Shown here: piece by piece, positions 1 through 9,249 of the stretch | Position numbering within the stretch: position 1 is the first letter of the stretch | How the letters are laid out: each line of letters begins with the position of its first letter | Assembly: GCA_963664225.1 (NCBI GenBank) | Contig: OY760937.1 | Span: 4,544,001-4,608,000, forward strand | Direction: 5' to 3' | From: Verrucomicrobiia bacterium | GTDB lineage: Bacteria; Verrucomicrobiota; Verrucomicrobiia; Limisphaerales; UBA1319 | Length of the DNA: 64,000 nt | Notes under the pieces: generated by a model | What the model saw: only the letters and a program-made list of their open reading frames with translations | Told to the model about the DNA's origin: nothing | Databases searched by the model: none | Made by a program: the position numbers and the translations under genes

Positions 1-1407
1 GCCCTGGTTGAAGGCATCCCGGAAACCGTATCCGGTCCAGACGTTTCGCCGGAAGTGGCTGTAAAAGTAACGCAAAGCAGGTATGGAGACTTCCGGCGTG
101 AACACAAGAGAACCCCCGGCGGCCGTGGGGGCAATCGTGCCATCGTCGTTCTGGCTCGGAGGCGCGCCCCGGGCCGCATACCCGTTTGGTCCATCGCAAG
201 CGGTTAATCCCCAGACGTTGCTGGAATAGCCGGCCCGGCTCAGTGGATTGACAATGCAATAAGCCCGTTGGGCGAGGGTGGCGCGCCTTGAATTCACGAA
301 ATAGGTGGTGTTGTGGTTATTCATGTAGGCGTCAGCGATGTGGCGAAAGTCAATCCAGCAATGGGAATACTGGTGCCCAAATAGCGGCGGAAACTCGATA
401 AACGAATAGTTGGCATAATTCGTCCAGGTGTAACCGCTGGTCCATTGATCCCACGCCGAGGCAGGCAGGGAGTTGCCGGCTGACCCCAAGCCCAGGAGAT
501 AAAGAATCATGGCCTCGTTGTAGCCAATCCAGTTGGCCGTGAGAAAACCCGATTCGGGCTTCCACCCCATTGCGATCGCGTTCGTTCCGCGCGCCATCCA
601 GCTCCAATCGACACGGTTGTAAATGGCATCGGCCATGGACCGAATCTCGGTTTCGGTAGAGTTCGTGTTGTCGAAATACTGTTTGGCGTAGAGGACTCCT
701 GCCAGGAGCAAGGCGGTATCAATCGACGAGAGTTCGGAGTTATAGGGAGCATACCGCACTCCGGTGTTCATATCCAGAAAGTGGTAAAACCATCCCTTAT
801 AACCGGTTTTTCCAGAGGCCTCTGGTCCTTGCGGCCCATTAAGTAAACTGCTTAACGTCGTTCGTACCCGCTCCAGACCCTGCGTTCGTGAAATCCATCC
901 ATGGTCGATGCCAATGCCAATGGCTGTGAGTCCGAATCCCACGGCAGCAATGCTGCATGGTGCAGCTGAGGGGAGTCGATCCGGGATCAGCCCGTTTACC
1001 GGGTTGGCGCCATACCAAAAGTAATCGAAACTGGTTTGCTGGACGTATTCCAGGAATTCATCGTCGCCCGTAAAAGCGTGCGGCAGAGCCGCAAGCGTTT
1101 CTGACGCGCTGCTTTCTGCGGCCGCGGTGGTTACCGCCGAGACGCGATAGTAGTTGGTCTGACCATTGACGACATTCAAGTCGCAAAAGCTGGGAGTCGT
1201 CAGCAAACTTGAGTTTTGCAAGTTAAACGGACCATCGCCGGCAGAGGATCGGTAAACACGGTAACCGGCGACGTTGGTTTCAATCGAGGATTCCCAGTGC
1301 AACACAACGCTTTGATCGCCCGTTCGGCTTGTCAAACCGGAAGGGGGTTGAATGGCGAATGCCGTCAACTGATACGCCAACCAAACCAAAGCCAGAGCGT
1401 GTTTCAT
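1..1407 (-). CDS. Secreted GH144-like (glucoamylase-like/DUF3131) endo-beta-1,2-glucanase with N-terminal fibronectin type III domain; runs off the left edge
   Basis: Absent from the ORF track; translated by hand from ATG at 1407 (in-frame stop just upstream). Signal-like MKHALALVWLAYQLTAFA, FN3-like VVLHW..VAGYRVYRS..YYRVSAV, then GH144-type motifs SIAAVGFGL, GWFYHF, ELSSIDTALL, GYNEAMILY, PLFGHQYSH, WGLTACDGP, DDGTIAPTAAGGS, YGFRDAFN. Confidence 0.85.
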   Translation of the reverse strand, partial: MKHALALVWLAYQLTAFAIQPPSGLTSRTGDQSVVLHWESSIETNVAGYRVYRSSAGDGPFNLQNSSLLTTPSFCDLNVVNGQTNYYRVSAVTTAAAESSASETLAALPHAFTGDDEFLEYVQQTSFDYFWYGANPVNGLIPDRLPSAAPCSIAAVGFGLTAIGIGIDHGWISRTQGLERVRTTLSSLLNGPQGPEASGKTGYKGWFYHFLDMNTGVRYAPYNSELSSIDTALLLAGVLYAKQYFDNTNSTETEIRSMADAIYNRVDWSWMARGTNAIAMGWKPESGFLTANWIGYNEAMILYLLGLGSAGNSLPASAWDQWTSGYTWTNYANYSFIEFPPLFGHQYSHCWIDFRHIADAYMNNHNTTYFVNSRRATLAQRAYCIVNPLSRAGYSSNVWGLTACDGPNGYAARGAPPSQNDDGTIAPTAAGGSLVFTPEVSIPALRYFYSHFRRNVWTGYGFRDAFNQG

Positions 1408-1495
1408 ATCGCGTTATTTGACAGTGCGTGATGACATGCGATTATGATAAGGCGGAGTTCGTATTACTTCAACTCTGACATGTCACTTCGTATTT

Positions 1496-4174
1496 ATGAA
1501 AAAAGGCGTAATAATCCAGGCGGCCTGCAATGGCATTCAGATTCTCCTTGGGGCTCGCGTTGTCATATTCCTCTTTTCCGCGTCGATTCTTTTGATGTTT
1601 TCGACAAGCCCTGCCTTGGGCGGCAACCTGCTCGTGAATCCCAGTTTTGAATCGAACGGAGGGCATGTCGTTCCGTTTGGGTGGACCTATTTTTCGCCGC
1701 CGCCGCCCTCAGGTTATTTTGGCAATTATTGGGTGGAGAGCAACGTGCCCGCGCAATCTGGAACGCTCTATTGGAAGCAGTGGGGCGCCCTGTATCTGAC
1801 CGCTCCAACGAATAATGTGGCGGGCATTTATGAGGATTTCAGCAGCGCCCCTGGATCTGTATATACAGCCAACGGATGGTTTTATACCGCAAGCTCGGAC
1901 CTGCTCGGGCCCGATTGCGTCACCTGGATTGAAGTTTCGTTTCTGGGTGCGGGCAGCAACGTTCTGGCGTTGTATAAATCGGATGACTTCTCAGCCGCAG
2001 CGGGAGCTGATGCATGGCATTCATATGACGTGACCCAGGTTTGCGACCTGACCGTCCCCATCGCCACCGGCGACCCATATTACACCAACTATGCGGTGAG
2101 CGGCGTGATAAGCCAGATGGTCGCGCCGGTCGGGACGAAGACGGTCCGTTATCGGTTTGCGTATCTGCAGTCCGGCAAGCAAGGGGGTTCTTGTTATTTT
2201 GACAATTCCGTCCTGAACCAGGTGAGTGGTCCGCTCCCGCCTCTGATTGGCAACGTTTCACCCTTGAACATGATCTTCGTCGATCCGGCTGACGGCATCA
2301 CTTTCAACGCCAGTTCGCCCAGCGGATTCACAATCAACGACATTCGACTGATCGTGAACGGGTTGGATGTATCCACGAATCTTGTTATCAGCGGCTCGAC
2401 ATCAAACAAAAACGTCGCGTATCACGGGCTCAAATCCAACATGACTTACAACGCCTCCATTACAGTGTCCGATGCATTGGGATCCAGTGCCACCACGGAC
2501 ACCTACTTTGAGACCACCTGGGTTGGCGTGCCGCCTGTGGTGTATCTATGGGAAGCGGAGGATTTTGATTTCTCGAGCGGGCAATATTACAACAACCCGG
2601 ACTTGTGCATCGAAATCGGTCATACGAACTGTTACTATGGCACAGTGGGCGTGGAAGGTGTTGACGAGCACAAAACAGGCAGTGCCCCCAACCACATGTA
2701 CCGGCCCGATGACGCGGTTTCAATTGGCGTTTCGGGTGACTTCCAGCGCAAGAACCTGGCGGCTGCTGGCCGGGCCGATTACCGGATCGATCCGTTCATC
2801 AGCGGCGAATGGTTGAATTATACCCGGGATTGGTCGAGCAACACCTATTGGATTTATGCCCGTGCGGCCACTGGGGAAGGTCTTTCCGGGTCGCTGACCT
2901 TGAGCCTGGTCAACGCGGATGCGACCACCACAGACCTGGGAACCTTCTCCGTGGATAACGGACGAGGCTGGACTAGCTACGACAATGTTCCGCTCTTGGA
3001 CACCAACGGCAGTCTGGTAAATGTTCCCCTCAGCGGCAAAGCCACTCTGCGGGTTACGAGCGTCGGCAATCTCCTCCCGAACTTTTTCATGCTCACGCCC
3101 GCACAGATCGACTTGCCGGTGATTAGCAATTTGTATCCCACCGGGAAACATCCGTTTGAGCCAACGAACGCGCTTAGCTTTACAGTCACCACGACGGGAT
3201 CTGCTTTTCCCACCAACGGAATCAAGCTCATTCTGGATGGCGTCGATGTTTCATCCCAACTGCTCTTCACTGGCTCGGAATCGACTCAACAGGTGGTTTA
3301 TCCCACCTTAGCGTCCAACACCACGCACACTGCGACCATTACGGCCACGAATTCCCTGGGCCACGGCATCTTTGTGTCCAATCAATTCGATACCTTCAGC
3401 CAGGACAATTACATGGTGGAAGCGGAGGATTTCGACTACGACAGCGGACAGTTTGTGGCCGATTGGATTCCCGGGTCTTATGCCGCGCTGGGAGCGAATC
3501 CTGAAATTGACTTCCACCACACCACGCTCGACGGGGAACAGTATCCCTACCGCGGCGCCGGCATTCCCGAGGAAATTGCGCGTGACTACATCCGACAGGT
3601 GTTCCTGGATTGGGGCGCAACGGATTACCACCTCGCATATTATGGGGCGTTGGATTGGGCGGATTATACGCGTTTGTATCCCACGAACCAGTTCCACGTT
3701 TACGTCCGATCCGGCGGCTTTGGTGACTTTTCGATGGAACTGGCGAAAGTCGTCAGCGGTGCAGGCACAACCAACCAGGTCACACAATCGCTCGGTGTCT
3801 GGCAGGCGTCCGGGCGTGACAATCAAACCCATGAATGGGTGCTTTTGACCACGGCGGGATCGGCAACACCCGCGTCGGTGAAGTTGGGCGGCCTGGCGAC
3901 TCTACGCCTCTCGACCAGCACGGGAAACTGTCATCCCAGCTATTTCATGTTCGTCCCGGCGGTGGACCTTGTCTTGTCGGCAAAGACTGCGGGAACCAAC
4001 GTGGTCATTTCATTTCCGACGCATCCGGGGGTGCATTACCGATTGCTTTATCGCAACGACCTTTCGACCGGAAGTTGGAACCTGCTGACAAACCTGTTTG
4101 GGGACGGCTCGGTTCAATCTGTAAGTGAACCCGCGATTGAAGCACAACGATTCTACAGGATCGCCACCCCGTGA
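1496..4174 (+). CDS. Secreted multi-domain putative carbohydrate-binding protein (CBM-like N-terminus, two Ig-like + CBM6-like units, C-terminal Verrucomicrobia-type domain)
   Basis: 892 aa; hydrophobic N-terminus; NLLVNPSFE; two EAEDFD..SG motifs followed by GEWLNYT / LDWADYT; C-terminal end ...QRFYRI. Start uncertain. Confidence 0.7.
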   Translation: MKKGVIIQAACNGIQILLGARVVIFLFSASILLMFSTSPALGGNLLVNPSFESNGGHVVPFGWTYFSPPPPSGYFGNYWVESNVPAQSGTLYWKQWGALYLTAPTNNVAGIYEDFSSAPGSVYTANGWFYTASSDLLGPDCVTWIEVSFLGAGSNVLALYKSDDFSAAAGADAWHSYDVTQVCDLTVPIATGDPYYTNYAVSGVISQMVAPVGTKTVRYRFAYLQSGKQGGSCYFDNSVLNQVSGPLPPLIGNVSPLNMIFVDPADGITFNASSPSGFTINDIRLIVNGLDVSTNLVISGSTSNKNVAYHGLKSNMTYNASITVSDALGSSATTDTYFETTWVGVPPVVYLWEAEDFDFSSGQYYNNPDLCIEIGHTNCYYGTVGVEGVDEHKTGSAPNHMYRPDDAVSIGVSGDFQRKNLAAAGRADYRIDPFISGEWLNYTRDWSSNTYWIYARAATGEGLSGSLTLSLVNADATTTDLGTFSVDNGRGWTSYDNVPLLDTNGSLVNVPLSGKATLRVTSVGNLLPNFFMLTPAQIDLPVISNLYPTGKHPFEPTNALSFTVTTTGSAFPTNGIKLILDGVDVSSQLLFTGSESTQQVVYPTLASNTTHTATITATNSLGHGIFVSNQFDTFSQDNYMVEAEDFDYDSGQFVADWIPGSYAALGANPEIDFHHTTLDGEQYPYRGAGIPEEIARDYIRQVFLDWGATDYHLAYYGALDWADYTRLYPTNQFHVYVRSGGFGDFSMELAKVVSGAGTTNQVTQSLGVWQASGRDNQTHEWVLLTTAGSATPASVKLGGLATLRLSTSTGNCHPSYFMFVPAVDLVLSAKTAGTNVVISFPTHPGVHYRLLYRNDLSTGSWNLLTNLFGDGSVQSVSEPAIEAQRFYRIATP

Positions 4175-4509
4175 TGCAGGTTTCAGGGCAGGTTGCAAGG
4201 GCGGGAAGGATTACAAAGAAGCCAGAGCGAAGTCTGTTGCACTTCTTCGTGCCTTGTATGCGCTGTGAGTCAAAAGTAACGGTCAACCGGGATGATCCTC
4301 CGACGCTGCTGATCCACGGCGATAAAGACGAATTGGTAAATTTCAACCAAAGCCAGTATATTTACGATGCGTTTCGGACGAATGACGTGACCTGCCAGTT
4401 GATCGTGATGGAAGGCGCCGGACAAGGTTTCAAGGGCGAGGACGATGCGCGCGCCGCCAAGGCGTTGGTCAACTGGTTCGACCATTACCTCGCAAAGAAA
4501 AAGACGTAA
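4171..4509 (+). pseudogene. C-terminal fragment of an alpha/beta-hydrolase (esterase/S9-like)
   Basis: PPTLLIHGDKDELV...EGAGQGF...WFDHYL matches the C-terminal part of the fold; no GxSxG nucleophile; expected catalytic His (GAGHGF) is Gln. Confidence 0.65.
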
Positions 4510-4528
4510 TCTTTAACCTCTGGAATTT

Positions 4529-5593
4529 ATGCGGACAAAAATCCTGAACATTTCGCCGACAGTTCTAATCCTGGCCATGGGTTTGGCCTGCGGTCCTCTC
4601 GTGATTGGTCAAACCGTGTCGGCGGTCTCGCTAAGCACGAATTCCGGTGAAGTTCCAGTGAAGGCAGCGGGAACCACCCTGAGCTGGAAACCCTTGACCC
4701 CCATGCCAGAAGAGCGTTTCGAGCATGGGTGTGCCGTGGTGGACGGATGTTTTTATGTCTTCGGCGGTTATGGCAATGGTGTCAATGCTAGCAAACATGT
4801 CATGGCCTTCGATTTGGCCAAAGGTCAATGGCGACGGCTCCACGACATGCCAAGCGCCATTACGCACATGAACACCGTCGTTGACGGCAGGTTTGTCTGG
4901 ATCGCTGGCGGTTACAAGGATAGTCATCCGGGTTTTGCAATCGATGAGGTTTGGAAATATGACGTGGATAAGGACCTTTTCATAGCCGCTCCGTCACTGC
5001 CCGGGCTGCGAGCGGGAGGCGGGCTCGCGCTGGTTGGCCGACGGCTCCATTATATCAGCGGATTGATGGATCGGGACAATGACTCGGCAGATCATTGGGT
5101 GCTCAATCTCGAGGCCGCAGACGCGGCTTTCAAGTGGGAGAGTGCCGCACCGATTCCCGCGCCTCGCAATCAATTCAGCACCGTGGTCTTAAAGGGCAAA
5201 ATCTACGTGATTGGCGGCCAGGTTCATCACGACAGCCGGTACGGCAAACCGGCCCTGGACCAGACGCGTGTGGACCTATACGACCCGGTATCCGATTCGT
5301 GGAGCGCCGGACCGGGGATGCCGAAGCCCAATTCACACACCGAGAACAGCACGTTCGCTTACGAGGGACAGGTCTATGTGATCGGGGGGCGGAGCGTGGA
5401 CCATTTTGAAGACGCCATATGGGTGCTTTCTCCCGCAGGTAATTGGAGTCAGTATGGCGTGTTACCCTTTCCGCTTCTTGGACCCGCAGCCAGGATTATA
5501 GACGGCCAGCTTGTCATTGCGGGCGGAGCGCTCAAGGGATTCGAGACGCTGGCGCAGGTCTGGGTGCAGGACTTGACGCCGAAAGCGAGGTAA
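4529..5593 (+). CDS. Secreted Kelch-repeat beta-propeller protein
   Basis: Signal peptide; six GG-containing repeats (FYVFGG, VWIAGG, LHYISG, IYVIGG, VYVIGG, LVIAGG) with W..xxxMP ends. Confidence 0.85.
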   Translation: MRTKILNISPTVLILAMGLACGPLVIGQTVSAVSLSTNSGEVPVKAAGTTLSWKPLTPMPEERFEHGCAVVDGCFYVFGGYGNGVNASKHVMAFDLAKGQWRRLHDMPSAITHMNTVVDGRFVWIAGGYKDSHPGFAIDEVWKYDVDKDLFIAAPSLPGLRAGGGLALVGRRLHYISGLMDRDNDSADHWVLNLEAADAAFKWESAAPIPAPRNQFSTVVLKGKIYVIGGQVHHDSRYGKPALDQTRVDLYDPVSDSWSAGPGMPKPNSHTENSTFAYEGQVYVIGGRSVDHFEDAIWVLSPAGNWSQYGVLPFPLLGPAARIIDGQLVIAGGALKGFETLAQVWVQDLTPKAR

Positions 5594-5752
5594 ACGGTGG
5601 ATTCTGAGTTGCTCCCATGAGGTAGTTACTCTGTGGAAGCCATTTTCGCATACCTATTGAAAAGAAAGAACTTCCTAACTGTTTTGTTACAAACGAGATG
5701 CGTCTTCAATGTGTGAGTGTTTTTAGATCCTAAATGGTAAGCATCCGTCATT

Positions 5753-6181
5753 TCAGGATTGTGTCGCAATGGGTCGGGTTTTTGCCTGCAACCGTTTGGT
5801 GAAAGAGGCCGTGTGAATGATTCGACGCCGATGAAACCCGCGCGCTATAAGTTCCTTTTCATCATGGGCTTCCAATTGGAACGCGATACTTGACCCGTCC
5901 GAGTGAATAACTCTTGCCATACATTTGACCAACCCGGTCAAGGGCGTGGGAGCAAGGTGCTCAAGCTCAATATCGGTCCCAACGCTGGCTTCATCCGCAT
6001 CCAGGAGCGGTTCGAGGACTTTGATGGCGGCGTGTTCCAGAAACCAAATGAGCGAGGGGGTGCTTAGGACGGGCGGCATGTTTTTGCTGGGAAATGCAAT
6101 GGCATGGATTCCCTCGACTGTGAATTGCAATTCGCCCGCAGCTCCAACTTTGGCAGGATTCTTCATATAGAGTGAGGGCAT
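5753..6181 (-). CDS. Hotdog-fold thioesterase, fluoroacetyl-CoA thioesterase (FlK)-like
   Basis: VLSTPSLIWFLE (Thr/Glu), SVGTDIELEHLAPTP (His), IARGFHRR. Confidence 0.85.
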   Translation of the reverse strand: MPSLYMKNPAKVGAAGELQFTVEGIHAIAFPSKNMPPVLSTPSLIWFLEHAAIKVLEPLLDADEASVGTDIELEHLAPTPLTGLVKCMARVIHSDGSSIAFQLEAHDEKELIARGFHRRRIIHTASFTKRLQAKTRPIATQS

Positions 6182-6385
6182 TAAAGCGCGGGAAGGAGGT
6201 CAAGGCAAGCGGGTCGTCTCGCAAACGTGAAAAGAGGGCTGTATTTTCGTTTGCAGGAGATGGAAAAAAATTGGGTTTTGGCTGGACGGAGGATTGACAA
6301 AATTGGGGCTTCCCGGAAAAGTAGGACTCCGTTCATCAGAGTTATTGAATAAACAATATCGTACAACGTCCGTCTTGTAAGACAT

Positions 6386-7597
6386 ATGAAGCAAATTAAA
6401 GTAAGGAACAATCAATCCACGTTCTTTATGGGCGGCCTTTTTGCGGCGCTGTCCGCGGCCATGATTGGCCAGGCAACCGCAGCCGACACCAAGTTCGAAT
6501 CCTACACCGAGAAAATCCCCGGATCCTCCGTCTCTTTTGACATGGTGGCCATTCCGGGTGGTGAAATCACGGTTGGAAGCCCCGAGAATGAGGCCGGACG
6601 CGATAAGAACGATTTAGCCGCCAAAAAGGTCACCGTCAAGCCCTTCTACATGGGCAAAAACGAGGTGAGCTGGCAGGAATACATTCTCTACGTTTTCGGC
6701 GAGAAGGAAGAGATCGAAAAGGAAAAGAAGGATGGGATCACCCGCCCGACCAAGCCCTACGGTTCAGTTTACCGTGATCGCGGCGAAAAGGGATTTCCCG
6801 CCATCGGCATGTCGCAGCACTCGGCGGTCAACTTTGCCAAATGGTTGAGCTGGAAGACCGGCAAACAGTATCGCCTGCCAACCGAAGCGGAATGGGAGTT
6901 TGCGTGTCGCGCGGGCAGCACGACCCCTTATTTCTGGGGTGACGACAAGGCGAAGGCTGCGGATTACGGCTGGTCCAAGGAGAATGCCGGGGATCAAACG
7001 CATCCCATTGGAAAGAAGCAGCCCAATAAATTTGGCCTGTATGACATTGTGGGTAATGTGTCCGAGTGGTGCTCCAAGGATGACACGAACGCCCCCGCTG
7101 TGACTCGCGGCGGCGCGTTTACGGAACCGGTCGAGAAGATGCGCAGTGCTTCCCGCATGATCGACTGCCCCGAATGGAACGAACTCGATCCTCAAAGCCC
7201 GCCGAGCATCTGGTGGCTTTCGGCAGCTGACTTTGTCGGCATCCGCCTGGTTTGCACCGCTGATGGCGCTGAGGCCCCCAAGGCTGACGCCAAGCCCGCC
7301 GCCGCCGCTGCTGCGCCTGCCGCAGTCAACGCCGATGCCGGAGCTGCGAAGTATAAGCAGTTCTGCGCTGGATGCCATGGTCCCGACGGCAAAGGCCAGT
7401 CCAAACTGGGCATCAAGATGGGTGCGCGTGATTACACGGATGCCAAAGTCAAAGCCACTCTGAAAGACGAGGAGATGGTCAAAGCCGTCAAGGAAGGCTT
7501 CTCCAAGGATGGCAAAGTGGTGATGCATCCGATCGGCGAGAAGATGAATGACGCGGAAATCGCTTCCGTGGTGCAGTTCATGAAGACCTTTAAATAA
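6386..7597 (+). CDS. Secreted FGE-sulfatase (SUMF1-like) domain protein fused to a C-terminal monoheme cytochrome c
   Basis: YRLPTEAEWEFACRAG, PNKFGLYDIVGNVSEW, RGG; Ala/Pro linker; CAGCH heme motif with a distal Met (VMHP). Confidence 0.85.
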   Translation: MKQIKVRNNQSTFFMGGLFAALSAAMIGQATAADTKFESYTEKIPGSSVSFDMVAIPGGEITVGSPENEAGRDKNDLAAKKVTVKPFYMGKNEVSWQEYILYVFGEKEEIEKEKKDGITRPTKPYGSVYRDRGEKGFPAIGMSQHSAVNFAKWLSWKTGKQYRLPTEAEWEFACRAGSTTPYFWGDDKAKAADYGWSKENAGDQTHPIGKKQPNKFGLYDIVGNVSEWCSKDDTNAPAVTRGGAFTEPVEKMRSASRMIDCPEWNELDPQSPPSIWWLSAADFVGIRLVCTADGAEAPKADAKPAAAAAAPAAVNADAGAAKYKQFCAGCHGPDGKGQSKLGIKMGARDYTDAKVKATLKDEEMVKAVKEGFSKDGKVVMHPIGEKMNDAEIASVVQFMKTFK

Positions 7598-7628
7598 GGC
7601 TTTCGTTTTTTAACCCGTCCGCCCGCCA

Positions 7629-7653
7629 GCCGCCTCCAGAGTATGGAGGCGGT
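7629..7653 (+). other. Intergenic GC-rich hairpin without U-tract
   Basis: gccgcctcca-gagta-tggaggcggt between two co-oriented genes. Confidence 0.5.
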
Positions 7654-7689
7654 TCGAGTGGATCAGTCAAACAACCCAAACAACTGAAT

Positions 7690-8955
7690 ATGAACAAAAC
7701 TGGTTCCCAGACGGACGTTTCGCGCCGTCATTTCATCAAGAGCACCTCATTGGTGGCTGCTGGAGCGGCGATTGCTCCCTACGTGATCACAGGCCGGGCG
7801 GCGGATGATCTGCCGATCAAGGTCGGTCTGATTGGCTGCGGCGGACGCGGCAAGGGCGCGGCGGAAAACGTAATGGAAGCGGACAAGAACGTCAAAATCA
7901 TCGCGGTGGCCGATGTGTTTGAAGATCGGGCCAAGGGCGCTGCTTCGCAGTTTAAAGTGGATCCCGCGAATTGCTTCTCCGGTTTCGACGCCTACAAGAA
8001 GCTTCTGGCGGTTGGCGATATTAATTACGTGATTCTGGCCACGCCGCCAGGATTCCGTTCTGTGCATTTCCCCGCCGCGATCGAGGCCGGGAAGAATGTG
8101 TTCATGGAAAAACCCGTGGCCGTGGACGGCCCTGGCGTTCGTAATGTCATTGCGGCTGGCGAACTGGCCGACAAGAAGAACCTGAAGGTGGCTGCGGGCA
8201 CGCAGCGCCGCCATCAAGCCAGCTACATCGAAACGATCAAGCGTATTCATGACGGCGAGATCGGTGATATCGTCGCTCTGCGCGGTTATTGGAACCAGGG
8301 CCAGATTTGGTATAATCCGTGGAATGACAAAGTCAGCGACATGGAAAACATGCTTCGCAACTGGTACCACTATCAGTGGCTCTGCGGTGACTGTATTGTG
8401 GAGCAACATCTCCACAACATCGACGTCTGCAACTGGGTCATGAACGATCACCCGATCAAGGCATACGGTCAGGGCGGTCGCCAGATTCCCTACAGCTTCT
8501 ACAATGCGAAGGGTAACATTTGGGATCATTTCGCCGTCGAATTCGAGTACGCGTCCGGCGCGCGTTTCTACAGTCAGTGCCGTCAGATCAGCAACTGCGC
8601 GGACAATGTCAGCGAAGCGGCGGATGGCACCAAGGGCAAGAGTAATCCGGGTGGCAACATCCAGATCAAGGGCGGCTCGAACTGGAATTTCGAAGGCAAG
8701 TCCCGCAATCCGTATGTGCAGGAGCATATCGACCTCATTGCGGCGATCCGCAACGACACGAAGCTCAATGAATCCGTTCAAGTGGCGCACAGCACTATGA
8801 CCGCGATCATGGGCCGTGAATCCGCTTACACCGGCAAGGTCATCACATGGGAGGAAGCTCTCAATTCGAAGATGACTCTCGCACCTGCGAAATACGAGAT
8901 GGGCGACATGCCTGCAGTGGAAATCGCAATGCCTGGCAAACACAAGTTTGAATAA
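7690..8955 (+). CDS. Tat-exported Gfo/Idh/MocA family oxidoreductase
   Basis: SRRHFIK twin-arginine motif; VGLIGCGGRG Rossmann motif; MEKP; EQHLHNID. Confidence 0.9.
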   Translation: MNKTGSQTDVSRRHFIKSTSLVAAGAAIAPYVITGRAADDLPIKVGLIGCGGRGKGAAENVMEADKNVKIIAVADVFEDRAKGAASQFKVDPANCFSGFDAYKKLLAVGDINYVILATPPGFRSVHFPAAIEAGKNVFMEKPVAVDGPGVRNVIAAGELADKKNLKVAAGTQRRHQASYIETIKRIHDGEIGDIVALRGYWNQGQIWYNPWNDKVSDMENMLRNWYHYQWLCGDCIVEQHLHNIDVCNWVMNDHPIKAYGQGGRQIPYSFYNAKGNIWDHFAVEFEYASGARFYSQCRQISNCADNVSEAADGTKGKSNPGGNIQIKGGSNWNFEGKSRNPYVQEHIDLIAAIRNDTKLNESVQVAHSTMTAIMGRESAYTGKVITWEEALNSKMTLAPAKYEMGDMPAVEIAMPGKHKFE

Positions 8956-8986
8956 ATTTCATCCGCTTCAAGCGAATTGAAAACAC

Positions 8987-9016
8987 AAGGCCGACTGGAG
9001 ACAGTCGGCCTTTTTT
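8987..9016 (+). terminator. Rho-independent terminator
   Basis: aaggccgactg-gaga-cagtcggcctt followed by a T run, about 30 nt after the stop codon. Confidence 0.9.
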
Positions 9017-9066
9017 ACGTACGTTGCCCATGACAACGGAACGCCTGATGGGGAAGGGGATTGAAA

Positions 9067-9104
9067 CACTAATTGGCACTAATAACCACTAATATAATAT
9101 TATA
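9067..9104. repeat. Three CACTAAT direct repeats (10-bp period) plus a 12-bp AT palindrome
   Basis: cactaat at 9067, 9077 and 9087; tataatattata at 9093-9104. Confidence 0.7.
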
Positions 9105-9249
9105 ACACTTGAAATAATAATATGTGCATGTAAACAATGATGTGTCCGAGGATTATGCGGACGGAGAAGGGGGTGAAGAAATTCAACACCCCGAGCAATG
9201 CCCAACCACGGCATTCATGAATATTGATAAACGGACTCAAGGGCGCCGT

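Noticed and set aside
7747..8943. 398-aa antisense ORF (likewise 17313..18167, 40404..41717, 42053..43048, 45170..46231, 58078..59040)
   Set aside because: Shadow frames opposite well-supported genes with GC-biased codons; no recognisable motifs.
9067..9093. CRISPR-like or iteron/origin interpretation of the short repeats
   Set aside because: The repeats are 7 bp with 3-bp spacers; no cas or rep genes in the window.
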